From the IMG/VR virus record IMGVR_UViG_3300047557_001530, positions 1 to 64,000 of that record: 64,000 nucleotides of DNA; one strand, given 5' to 3'. Positions 1 through 7,228 of this stretch are shown here, one piece after another. The notes under the pieces are model-generated. The model made no database searches and had not been told where the DNA came from. It saw only the letters and a program-made list of their open reading frames with translations. The position numbers and the translations under genes were made by a program. Origin of the DNA: a virus. Each line of letters begins with the position of its first letter. Position 1 is the first letter of the stretch.

Positions 1-24
1 ACCTGGGGCACTGTGGGGGCAGAG

Positions 25-65
25 TGGACAGTGCCCCCACCCTGCCCCTATACTGATCAAGTCAA
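25..65 (+). promoter_or_regulatory. Early sigma70-type promoter cassette 1
   Basis: TGGACA (25-30), N18, TATACT (49-54), then GATCAAGTCAACC. The same block recurs before later early genes. Confidence 0.75.
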
Positions 66-79
66 CCAACGACAGAGCC

Positions 80-841
80 ATGCTCACCTTCTCCAAAGGC
101 AACGCCAAGCTGGGCACCCAGACCCTGATCTTCAACCTGCCCGCTGGCAAGACCTGCCCAGGTGCTATGTTCTGCAAGTCGTTTGCTGTTGTTGATGCAA
201 ACGGCAAGCGTAGCATTCAAGACACCGAGCACACCCAATTCCGTTGCTTCGCTGCATCTTCTGAGGTGCAATACGATGGGGCATTCTACAACCGAGCAAA
301 CAACCTGCAAACCGTTGTAGACTACCTGCAGGTGGGTGTTGATCACGCTGCCGACCAGATTAACGTTGCATTGCAACACTTTAAGACTCGCAACACCAAG
401 CTGGTTCGCATCCATGAGTCGGGCGACTTCTTCAGCCTCGCTTATCTTGAAGCATGGGTGAAGGTTGCACAGATGAACCCCAATCTCAAGTTCTATTGCT
501 ATAGCAAATCGCTTCACATCTTCACCGAGTTCGGTGTAGCTAACCTGCCTGCCAATTTCTATCTCACTGCATCCTACGGTGGCAAGTTCGACTACATGAT
601 CGACGAAGGTTTGTTCACTCGCTATAGCAAAGTGGTGATGACCGATGATGATGCAAACCGTCTCGGTCTTGAGGTTGATCACGACGACAGCCACTGTTTC
701 GGTGCTGAACCGTTCGCCCTCCTGGTGCATGGCACCCAGCCCAAGGGCAGCGACTGGGGCAAGGCGATCCGCCAGCGTCGCCAGGCTGGGCAGTTCGGAG
801 GCTACAGCAAGGCGAACGCCAGCCAGGCTGTGCCAGTCTGA
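80..841 (+). CDS. Gp88-like phage protein (radical-SAM-like, Cys motif)
   Basis: GNAKL start, FNLPAGKTCPGAMFC...RCFA Cys triad and RIHESGDF motif typical of the GP88 family. Preceded by a promoter cassette. Confidence 0.7.
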   Translation: MLTFSKGNAKLGTQTLIFNLPAGKTCPGAMFCKSFAVVDANGKRSIQDTEHTQFRCFAASSEVQYDGAFYNRANNLQTVVDYLQVGVDHAADQINVALQHFKTRNTKLVRIHESGDFFSLAYLEAWVKVAQMNPNLKFYCYSKSLHIFTEFGVANLPANFYLTASYGGKFDYMIDEGLFTRYSKVVMTDDDANRLGLEVDHDDSHCFGAEPFALLVHGTQPKGSDWGKAIRQRRQAGQFGGYSKANASQAVPV

Positions 842-903
842 CAACCTGCACACAGGGGGCAGCAATGCCCCCACCCCTGCCCCTATACTGAACAAGTCAA
901 CCA
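829..903 (+). promoter_or_regulatory. Early promoter cassette 2 (palindrome, GC hairpin and TATACT)
   Basis: TGTGCCAG..CTGCACA (829-852), hairpin GGGGGCA-GCAA-TGCCCCC (855-872), TATACT (884-889) then GAACAAGTCAACCA. Confidence 0.75.
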
Positions 904-913
904 CAGACACCCC

Positions 914-1162
914 ATGACCTACGCTTTCACCGACACCGTTCAGATCGACGAAGGCTGGGAGATCCCCACCGATCTTTACAACGAACTGGGCAAGATCGAA
1001 GACCTGTTCAACGAAACCCACCCCTACATGTTGCCGCTGGACTTCCTAACTGGTGGCACCTGGGAGTGGGCAGAAGAGATCGCCATGGAGGGCATTCTCT
1101 CACAGCGACCCCACCAGGAGATCGTTCGGGAGATCTTCGACGGGTACGACCCCACACCCTGA
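914..1162 (+). CDS. Hypothetical acidic early protein (82 aa)
   Basis: ATG about 25 nt after the TATACT cassette; GC-rich codon usage like its neighbours. Confidence 0.75.
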   Translation: MTYAFTDTVQIDEGWEIPTDLYNELGKIEDLFNETHPYMLPLDFLTGGTWEWAEEIAMEGILSQRPHQEIVREIFDGYDPTP

Positions 1163-1168
1163 ACCACC

Positions 1169-1217
1169 AGGGGGGCACACAGCCCCCCTCCCCATGCTAT
1201 ACTGAACAAGTCAACCA
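1169..1217 (+). promoter_or_regulatory. Early promoter cassette 3
   Basis: Hairpin AGGGGGGC-ACACA-GCCCCCCT (1169-1189), extended -10 TGcTATACT (1195-1203), then GAACAAGTCAACCA. Confidence 0.75.
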
Positions 1218-1226
1218 CACAGCCCC

Positions 1227-1424
1227 ATGACCGCCACCACCCGCCAACGTGTGATCGCTTCCCTGGTCGCCATGTTCAACACCGAGCACGGCAACACCGA
1301 GACCCCCGCCTGGCTGCTGGAACTGCACCACCGCTCCACCGATGCCGAGCTGCTCTCCCGCCTGGGCAACTGGCAGACCAACTATCCCCAACACTACAGC
1401 CGCCACGGTCTCTATGTGATGTGA
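1227..1424 (+). CDS. Hypothetical early protein (65 aa)
   Basis: ATG directly downstream of cassette 3. Confidence 0.75.
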   Translation: MTATTRQRVIASLVAMFNTEHGNTETPAWLLELHHRSTDAELLSRLGNWQTNYPQHYSRHGLYVM

Positions 1425-1444
1425 TAGACTGAACCACAGCAACC
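1422..1444 (+). promoter_or_regulatory. Early promoter cassette 4 (variant)
   Basis: TGaTAGACT extended -10 (1422-1430) followed by GAACCACAGCAACC, a variant of the conserved downstream block. Confidence 0.55.
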
Positions 1445-1452
1445 CCACCCCC

Positions 1453-1596
1453 ATGGCAAACGTTCTACGCCTCGCCCTGATCGCTGGCATCCTGCTCACC
1501 TTCTCTCAGACAGCAGGAGCGATCCTACAGACAGCCCAGACCCTGGACCGTGTGACAGCTGAGAAGGTGGCACAGATCAACGCCCTGAGCCACTGA
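1453..1596 (+). CDS. Small membrane or secreted early protein (47 aa, not in ORF track)
   Basis: MANVLRLALIAGILLTFSQTAGAILQTAQTLDRVTAEKVAQINALSH*. Hydrophobic N-terminus; fills the gap between two promoter cassettes. Confidence 0.7.
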   Translation: MANVLRLALIAGILLTFSQTAGAILQTAQTLDRVTAEKVAQINALSH

Positions 1597-1624
1597 GCTG
1601 CCCCTATACTGAACAAGTCAACCA
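1551..1624 (+). promoter_or_regulatory. Early promoter cassette 5
   Basis: Palindrome TGTGACAG-N8-GTGGCACA (1551-1574), TATACT (1605-1610), then GAACAAGTCAACCA. Confidence 0.75.
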
Positions 1625-1634
1625 CGAAACGACC

Positions 1635-1814
1635 ATGACCCTCGACGAAGCGAACACCATCTGGAACGCCTGCTACGGCAGCTGCCTCGCCAGCGAGACC
1701 GCCGAAGGCTGGGCAAAGTACACCTCCGCCCAACGCCTGGAGGCGATCGACACCCGAGACGCCCACGCCAATGGCGGCACCTGGGGCACCTGGAACATCT
1801 CCGACCGAGACTGA
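1635..1814 (+). CDS. Hypothetical early protein (59 aa, not in ORF track)
   Basis: MTLDEANTIWNACYGSCLASETAEGWAKY...WGTWNISDRD*, lying between cassette 5 and a terminator. Confidence 0.75.
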   Translation: MTLDEANTIWNACYGSCLASETAEGWAKYTSAQRLEAIDTRDAHANGGTWGTWNISDRD

Positions 1815-1821
1815 ATCACAC

Positions 1822-1845
1822 GGGGGCAGCAGCCCCCCTTTTTTT
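1822..1845 (+). terminator. Rho-independent terminator
   Basis: GGGGGC-AGCA-GCCCCC stem followed by a T7 tract. Confidence 0.85.
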
Positions 1846-1912
1846 GTGCCTGCCTCCCTGGCTGTAGGTTCTACCTTCAATCTAGCACGGCACCGCCCCC
1901 CACCCGAGACCG

Positions 1913-1981
1913 TGTGCCAGTCTGCGAGGTGTCCCGATTCTGGCTGCAGACCCTCGACAGCCGCCCCCGATGCTGTAGGAT
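1913..1981 (+). promoter_or_regulatory. Early promoter cassette 6
   Basis: TGTGCCAG motif (1913), TCGACA (1954-1959), TAGGAT (1976-1981). Confidence 0.5.
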
Positions 1982-2030
1982 ACGTTCAAGCGAGGGGGAC
2001 AGACCTCCACCACCCCCCGCCCCGAGAACC

Positions 2031-2327
2031 ATGATCAAGCTGATCCCCTCCACCCGCTTCGCCGCCTTCATGGGTGACGCCGAGCGTGTGGCTGCTCTCC
2101 TGATCGCCCAGCCCCGTGTGATCGGTGGCTACCGTGCCGCCCTCCTGCTGAACCTCGCCCAGACCAACCGCCAGGGGCGAGTCGCCCTCCAGCAGTGTGC
2201 CAAGGCTGCCCAGCGTCATCGGGTCATCCACGCCGATGGCTCGATCACCCAGACCGATCGGGTGTTCTCCAAGGCATCCACCAAGCGGCTGGCGATGTGG
2301 GCACAGGATCGCAACTCCGCCCTGTGA
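2031..2327 (+). CDS. Hypothetical basic early protein (98 aa; start revised from 1914)
   Basis: ATG at 2031 (MIKLIPSTRF...) follows the promoter. The upstream extension is low-complexity promoter sequence. Confidence 0.7.
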   Translation: MIKLIPSTRFAAFMGDAERVAALLIAQPRVIGGYRAALLLNLAQTNRQGRVALQQCAKAAQRHRVIHADGSITQTDRVFSKASTKRLAMWAQDRNSAL

Positions 2328-2329
2328 TG

Positions 2330-2338
2330 TGGTAGGAT
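2330..2338 (+). promoter_or_regulatory. Extended -10 promoter
   Basis: TGgTAGGAT, followed by a leader similar to the one after 1981. Confidence 0.45.
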
Positions 2339-2393
2339 AGCGAGCAACGGGGGCACCTCCAGCCCCCCTCCCATTCTCTACACTTTCCCCGAA

Positions 2394-2675
2394 ATGTCTC
2401 TCTCCTTCGTTATCACCAAGCGTCCCATCTATCGGACCTTCAGTATTGACGAATCCTCGGCAATCTACAATATCGAGATTGATGAGAATCTGGTGGAAAT
2501 CATCTTCCACAGTAATACTGAAAAAGCCTACGTTTACGAGGGCTCAGATGTAGCAATCTCCAAGCTAACTGCGATGATTAAATCACCCGATCTTCTGGGA
2601 GAATCGCTGGGCAAGGTGAGAGCCAATCTGTGCAAATCTGGCGATCTTAAGCAAATCGAATTCGTGGAGGATTGA
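2394..2675 (+). CDS. KTSC-like small protein
   Basis: SSAI..I....N.VEI.F.....Y.Y...SLGK pattern resembles KTSC domains. Confidence 0.55.
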   Translation: MSLSFVITKRPIYRTFSIDESSAIYNIEIDENLVEIIFHSNTEKAYVYEGSDVAISKLTAMIKSPDLLGESLGKVRANLCKSGDLKQIEFVED

Positions 2676-2698
2676 GGGATAGTTAGTTATACTCACGG

Positions 2699-2721
2699 GG
2701 GGCAAATCCTGCCCCTTTTTT
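2699..2721 (+). terminator. Rho-independent terminator ending the early block
   Basis: GGGGCA-AATCC-TGCCCC followed by T6. Confidence 0.85.
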
Positions 2722-2823
2722 ATTTTGTCTTTTTTTACAGTTAGCTATACTTTCCCACTAATCTGCAAATGCTCGATTATACCAATTAGCAAATCTTTCA
2801 ATTTATTAGTATTATCGAAAATC

Positions 2824-2919
2824 TAGAATTACAGGATAATAAGAATAAACAGATAATTAGAATTACAGGATAATAAGAATAAACAGATAATTACAATTAC
2901 ACGATAATAAGAATAACAG
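2824..2919. repeat. 34-bp AT-rich tandem repeat (2 perfect copies and 1 degenerate)
   Basis: TAGAATTACAGGATAATAAGAATAAACAGATAAT at 2824-2857 and 2858-2891; variant copy from 2892. Confidence 0.9.
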
Positions 2920-3035
2920 TGTATTTTGATTTGTTTGATATTATTATTAATTTGTAATTGCGATTAGTTTGTTATTCTTTATAGCAGTTAATCGTATGTG
3001 TAAGTATAAAGAATTAACAGTTAATCGTAATCGTT

Positions 3036-3053
3036 CGTTTATTATAATAAACG
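3036..3053. repeat. Perfect 18-bp palindrome
   Basis: CGTTTATTATAATAAACG is its own reverse complement; a G9 run follows at 3060-3068. Confidence 0.9.
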
Positions 3054-3225
3054 CCGAGCGGGGGGGGGTCGATCCAAAAAAGTACCGTCTTTCTAAGCTA
3101 TAAACGTTTCCCAGAGCCCTCTAAATATCCCCCCCGTTTCAAAAAATCTCCCAGGACTTGAAATCCCTCAAAGGTTTTGCTAAAATGGATCCCCGCCAAC
3201 CCAAAAAATTTTCCCAGGTAAAAAA

Positions 3226-3468
3226 ATGCCCAGAAGTCGAATGACAAAAAGACCTCAGAACATGTGCTACAATTGCTGGTACACATGGTATCCCCGAGGG
3301 CATTCAGTGTCTTACAAGTGTCCATGCTGCGGCAGCACACGCACGGGTATAGACTTGTCTGGCGTCATCGCCATTGGTCTTCTATTACTTGCAGGGATTG
3401 CCATAGCATATTGGTATATTGTAATACCATTCGGAATACTTGGCTGGGTTATGTACAAAAATAAATAA
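3226..3468 (+). CDS. Zn-ribbon and transmembrane small protein
   Basis: CYNC...CPCC followed by a hydrophobic C-terminus. Confidence 0.65.
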   Translation: MPRSRMTKRPQNMCYNCWYTWYPRGHSVSYKCPCCGSTRTGIDLSGVIAIGLLLLAGIAIAYWYIVIPFGILGWVMYKNK

Positions 3469-3488
3469 AGTATGAGTTACATAACACC

Positions 3489-3719
3489 ATGGAACACAAA
3501 ATTACATTCAAAACCAAAGATGGTACTCTAAAAGAGCAACGCTTTGATGACTTTAATCAATTCGCTGACACAATTGAAGAGGTAGCGATGGATTATTATA
3601 CTGGAGTACGCCCAGAAATTGAAGTTGAGACAATTTACCAAAACATGATCAAAAAAGAGAGGGTTACTGAAAATGGACGAGTTGAGACTGAAGCTGAGTT
3701 TCTTAGAGAGGAGAATTGA
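3489..3719 (+). CDS. Hypothetical protein (76 aa)
   Basis: ORF with phage-like composition in an operon. Confidence 0.65.
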   Translation: MEHKITFKTKDGTLKEQRFDDFNQFADTIEEVAMDYYTGVRPEIEVETIYQNMIKKERVTENGRVETEAEFLREEN

Positions 3720-3858
3720 GAGAATCGAAGAGAAACTCAATCAGATTCCCGTTCCATTCAAATTAATGTACAAACCCCCCTACGAAGAGGAACATTCAGA
3801 CATTGTTGATGTTCTTGATCGTATTATACATAAGTTAAAACAGCTTGAAGATGGCTAG
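3673..3858 (+). CDS. Hypothetical coiled-coil protein (61 aa)
   Basis: LERRIERIEEKL heptads and LMYKPP motif; overlaps both neighbours. Confidence 0.65.
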   Translation: MDELRLKLSFLERRIERIEEKLNQIPVPFKLMYKPPYEEEHSDIVDVLDRIIHKLKQLEDG

Positions 3859-4174
3859 AAAACCAGTTTCAATTTATTTCGGGGTTGATAGTGGTGGTTC
3901 TGTATGTCCATGTGTGTCACCACCAAAGACTTTAGAACCACCTGTTGGTAATGTGTTTGCAAATCGTTCTGCTGTAATGGCAAATGGAGACGTATTAACT
4001 CCTGCAATAGGTGAGACATGTTCAACTCCACCGTTTCCTTGTACAAATCCAAGAGTTGTGAAGGCAGCAAACTTCACTTTTGTCAATGGAGTCTCCATAT
4101 CAACAGTTGGTGATGTATTGAATGCTACAGCAGGCATTACGATACCTCAAGGGAGCCCTTCCGTTTTTGCGTGA
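3851..4174 (+). CDS. PAAR-like baseplate spike tip protein (T4 gp5.4-like)
   Basis: NVFAN...GD, TFVNG...GD and GSPSVFA end motifs; located upstream of gp25. ATG at 3851. Confidence 0.75.
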   Translation: MARKPVSIYFGVDSGGSVCPCVSPPKTLEPPVGNVFANRSAVMANGDVLTPAIGETCSTPPFPCTNPRVVKAANFTFVNGVSISTVGDVLNATAGITIPQGSPSVFA

Positions 4175-4178
4175 TCTA

Positions 4179-4187
4179 TGCTATAAT
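4179..4187 (+). promoter_or_regulatory. Extended -10 promoter
   Basis: TGcTATAAT about 28 nt before the ATG at 4215. Confidence 0.55.
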
Positions 4188-4214
4188 GGTCGGGTAGTTT
4201 ACGGATGATATTCC

Positions 4215-4358
4215 ATGGCAAAGCGTCCCTCGTTCACTGGTGCGAATCAGATTGAGTCCAAACCCAAGAAATCCCGTCAGGGAGCTGGGAAGCATACAAA
4301 GTATGCCGCAACCAGTCGAAACAATGCACGTAAAAAGTATCGTGGACAAGGTAACTAA
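4215..4358 (+). CDS. Small highly basic protein (47 aa, not in ORF track)
   Basis: MAKRPSFTGANQIESKPKKSRQGAGKHTKYAATSRNNARKKYRGQGN*. The KYRGQG ending is typical of a small cyanomyovirus gene found near PAAR and gp25. Confidence 0.8.
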   Translation: MAKRPSFTGANQIESKPKKSRQGAGKHTKYAATSRNNARKKYRGQGN

Positions 4359-4773
4359 AGATCTCCAAGATTGGATTATAGGTCTTACAAAACCAAAGAC
4401 TGAGCTGGGCAGGTTTGCTACTTGCCCTTATGCTCAATTTGCGAAGTATCAAATCGAAAAGCGTTCTATTAGCGACTTACAGCCTCTTGAAGGGGTTGAG
4501 GTCGCTATTTTTGTACTAGATGACTCTCATACGTTAGAAGACCTTCTAGAGGCTTGTAGAGCCCTTAACGAAGCTTACCCTGATTACGTTTTCTTAGATG
4601 ATCACAAAGATGACCACTCTTATATCAATGGCGTTCAAACAAATAACGGAAAGTATAATTTGATCCTCTGTCAGAACAAAGCAAAACTATTAAAGGCAAG
4701 AGAGGCTCTTAGAAACACTCGGTACTATTCCTATTGGGAAAAATCGTTTTATAATAAAATTGTACAGGGATAG
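4342..4773 (+). CDS. DUF1415-like protein (start probably GTG 4342 or ATG 4324, not 4240)
   Basis: WI.GL...CPYA motif. The region 4240-4341 is occupied by the basic ORF in another frame. Confidence 0.55.
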   Translation: MDKVTKDLQDWIIGLTKPKTELGRFATCPYAQFAKYQIEKRSISDLQPLEGVEVAIFVLDDSHTLEDLLEACRALNEAYPDYVFLDDHKDDHSYINGVQTNNGKYNLILCQNKAKLLKAREALRNTRYYSYWEKSFYNKIVQG

Positions 4774-4817
4774 CAACCCCTCTAAAAGTTCTGTTTAACC
4801 TTATACGGAGAAAACAG

Positions 4818-5000
4818 ATGGCTATGAGTCCAGTAGATAAAGGAGAGGATTTTTTGAAATCGGGTATGACTCTGATTTCAGAACTCTCGTCAGAAAAACA
4901 TCTTAAAAAAGTTCGTTACAAAATTCCTGAAAATCGTTTATCAAGACCATGTGGCGGTGCTGGTGGTTTTGATGATTTTGTTGAAAGATTTGAAGAGTGA
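4818..5000 (+). CDS. Hypothetical protein (60 aa)
   Basis: GGAG Shine-Dalgarno upstream; located before gp25. Confidence 0.65.
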   Translation: MAMSPVDKGEDFLKSGMTLISELSSEKHLKKVRYKIPENRLSRPCGGAGGFDDFVERFEE

Positions 5001-5004
5001 CCAA

Positions 5005-5011
5005 CTAAATA
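5005..5011 (+). promoter_or_regulatory. T4-type late promoter
   Basis: CTAAATA 20 nt before the gp25 start. Confidence 0.6.
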
Positions 5012-5030
5012 ACAATAAACTGTTATTTAA

Positions 5031-5423
5031 GTGGCCAAACTTCTTCCTTTTAAAGATTTGAAGGTTACATTCAAGCCTCATCCTATTACTGGCGATATGC
5101 AAGTAGTTAAGGATGAGGCTGCGATTAAACAATCAATTGTTAATTTACTATTGACTGTAAAAGGAGAAAGATTTTTTAATGCTGATCTAGGCTCATCAAT
5201 TTCGTCATTATTGTTTGAACCATTGGATTTTGGTACTGCATCGTTAATTAGTACTGAAATTGATAACACTCTTGAAAGGTATGAGCCTAGAATCAATGTT
5301 TTATCAGTTGATGTCACACCAAATTTTGAAGAAAATGGATTTGAAGCAAGTCTATCCTTTGAAATCATTGGTCGAGAAGATTTTCCAATCGATGTAGAAT
5401 TCTTTCTAGAGAGAACCCGATAA
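5031..5423 (+). CDS. gp25: Baseplate wedge subunit gp25
   Basis: HPITGD, AIKQSIVNLLLT..GER, YEPRI motifs. Confidence 0.93.
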   Translation: MAKLLPFKDLKVTFKPHPITGDMQVVKDEAAIKQSIVNLLLTVKGERFFNADLGSSISSLLFEPLDFGTASLISTEIDNTLERYEPRINVLSVDVTPNFEENGFEASLSFEIIGREDFPIDVEFFLERTR

Positions 5424-7223
5424 ATGCCTTACACTCAAGTATCAAATTTAGACTTTAATGAGATTAAAGTCGCCCTAAGAGATTACTTAAGGGCTCAGAC
5501 AGATTTTACTGATTTTGATTTTGAGGGCTCTGTTTGGAGTAATCTTCTCGATGTTCTTGCATATAATACTTATTATACAGCATTTAACACTAACTTAGTT
5601 GTTAATGAACTGTTTCTTGATTCAGCAACTCTTCGTGATAACGTTGTTTCATTAGCAAAGCAACTCGGTTATCGTCCTAAATCAAGAACCGCACCAAAGG
5701 CAGTTGTTAACTTTAAAGCAAATTTTGGCAATAATTCGCCCTCACACATCATTTTAAAGAAGGGAACTGGTTTCATCACAACTTTTGATGATACTTTATA
5801 TCAATATGTCACTGTAGAGGACTATAAAGTACCTGTAATCGACTCTGTAGCTAACTTTACTGAAGTTGAGTTACATGAAGGTACATTCACATCTAATTTC
5901 TTTACAGTTAATACTACACAGTCTTCTCAGCGTTTTGTATTACAGAATCCTGGAACTGATACAAATTCAATTCGTGTTAAAGTCTATCCTTCAGTAAATT
6001 CGACTTCTTACGAGATTTATAGTCTTGCCACGAACATTTTGAATGTTAATTCAGAATCAAAGACATATTTTGTAGAAGAGACTGAAGATGAGAAGTATGA
6101 GATTTTCTTTGGTGATGGTGTTCTTGGTCGAAAATTAGAAAACGGTGAGTACATTGAGATTTCTTATATTACAACCAACGGACCAGTAAGCAATGGTGCG
6201 AGAAGCTTTACATTTACTGGTGTATTAGAGGATATTAATGGCAATTCTAATTTCTCTGTATCCATCTCTGACGTAGCAACCGTCTCTGCGGCCTCTGGGG
6301 GCGAGGATATCGAGACTATCAAGAAGATCAAGTACAATGCCCCTAAGTACTTTGGAACGCAAGACAGGGCCGTTACAGCCGCCGATTACGCAGCGATTGT
6401 ACGAAACATCTATCCATCGGTCGCTGATATCATTGTATTTGGTGGCGAAGATGCAGATCCACCAGAATACGGTAAAGTCAAGATTGCTGTCAAGCCAAAT
6501 AATCTAACGAAGCTATCTTCTTTTACAAAGAAAGAAATTACGGATGCACTGAAAGATTATATGGTTGCTTCCGTCAAACCTGAAATTGTTGATCCTTCAA
6601 TCATCTATGTTGAATTAACATCAAACGTTTATTACAATAAATCTGTTACAACTCAGACACCAGAGCAAATTCGATCAAAAGTGATTGCTGCTGTGGAAAA
6701 CTATATTGATCTATCTGATACAGAAAAGTTTAATGGTAAGTTCAGATATAGTAAGTTTGTGGGTGTAATTGACGATGCAGATCGTTCGATTAATTCCAAT
6801 CAAACCACTGTGATGATGAGAAAGGATTTTTATCCTGGTATCAATTCTACATTCTATTATGAGTTATGTTTCCAGAATGAATTTGATCTAGATTGTGATC
6901 GTACTACAGTATCTTCTACTGGATTCAAAGTCGTAGAATATCCCAATTATACTGTGTATTTGGAAGATCGCAATGGCAAAATTGTCCTATATAGATTAGA
7001 TTCTCTATCTGGCGAAAAAATCGTATTAAACGATTCTATCGGTGATATTAATTACAAAAAAGGAGAGATTCAATTATATGATGTAACTATTATTCAAGGT
7101 AGTTTCTTTGATAATCGTATTGAGTTACGTGTTAGACCTGCTTCAAATGATATTATTGCAAGTCGAGAAGTATATCTAGACGTAGATATTTCAAATAGTA
7201 AGTTTACAGCATATCCAGAGTAG
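5424..7223 (+). CDS. gp6: Baseplate wedge subunit gp6
   Basis: LDFNEIK, FEGS...LLDVLAYNT, QDRAVTAADY motifs. Confidence 0.95.
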   Translation: MPYTQVSNLDFNEIKVALRDYLRAQTDFTDFDFEGSVWSNLLDVLAYNTYYTAFNTNLVVNELFLDSATLRDNVVSLAKQLGYRPKSRTAPKAVVNFKANFGNNSPSHIILKKGTGFITTFDDTLYQYVTVEDYKVPVIDSVANFTEVELHEGTFTSNFFTVNTTQSSQRFVLQNPGTDTNSIRVKVYPSVNSTSYEIYSLATNILNVNSESKTYFVEETEDEKYEIFFGDGVLGRKLENGEYIEISYITTNGPVSNGARSFTFTGVLEDINGNSNFSVSISDVATVSAASGGEDIETIKKIKYNAPKYFGTQDRAVTAADYAAIVRNIYPSVADIIVFGGEDADPPEYGKVKIAVKPNNLTKLSSFTKKEITDALKDYMVASVKPEIVDPSIIYVELTSNVYYNKSVTTQTPEQIRSKVIAAVENYIDLSDTEKFNGKFRYSKFVGVIDDADRSINSNQTTVMMRKDFYPGINSTFYYELCFQNEFDLDCDRTTVSSTGFKVVEYPNYTVYLEDRNGKIVLYRLDSLSGEKIVLNDSIGDINYKKGEIQLYDVTIIQGSFFDNRIELRVRPASNDIIASREVYLDVDISNSKFTAYPE

Positions 7224-7228
7224 ACTAA

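Noticed and set aside
62-1021. 319-aa minus-strand ORF, and other minus-strand ORFs at 1-2.5 kb
   Set aside because: Antisense shadows of GC-rich plus-strand genes; promoters and terminators all point in the + direction.
48-1624. Repeated ~23-bp block as a CRISPR array or integron attC sites
   Set aside because: Intervals are 300-840 bp and contain whole genes, the repeat contains a -10 box, and there is no cas or integrase gene in the window.
2824-2919. 34-bp repeats as a mini-CRISPR
   Set aside because: The copies are directly adjacent with no spacers.
4240-4341. N-terminal extension of the 177-aa ORF
   Set aside because: Overlaps the better-supported basic ORF 4215-4358; the family-like sequence starts only after about 4324-4342.
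4766-4800. Weak hairpin AGGGAT-AGCA-ACCCCT as a structured RNA
   Set aside because: The stem is short and mismatched; it cannot be supported without covariation data.
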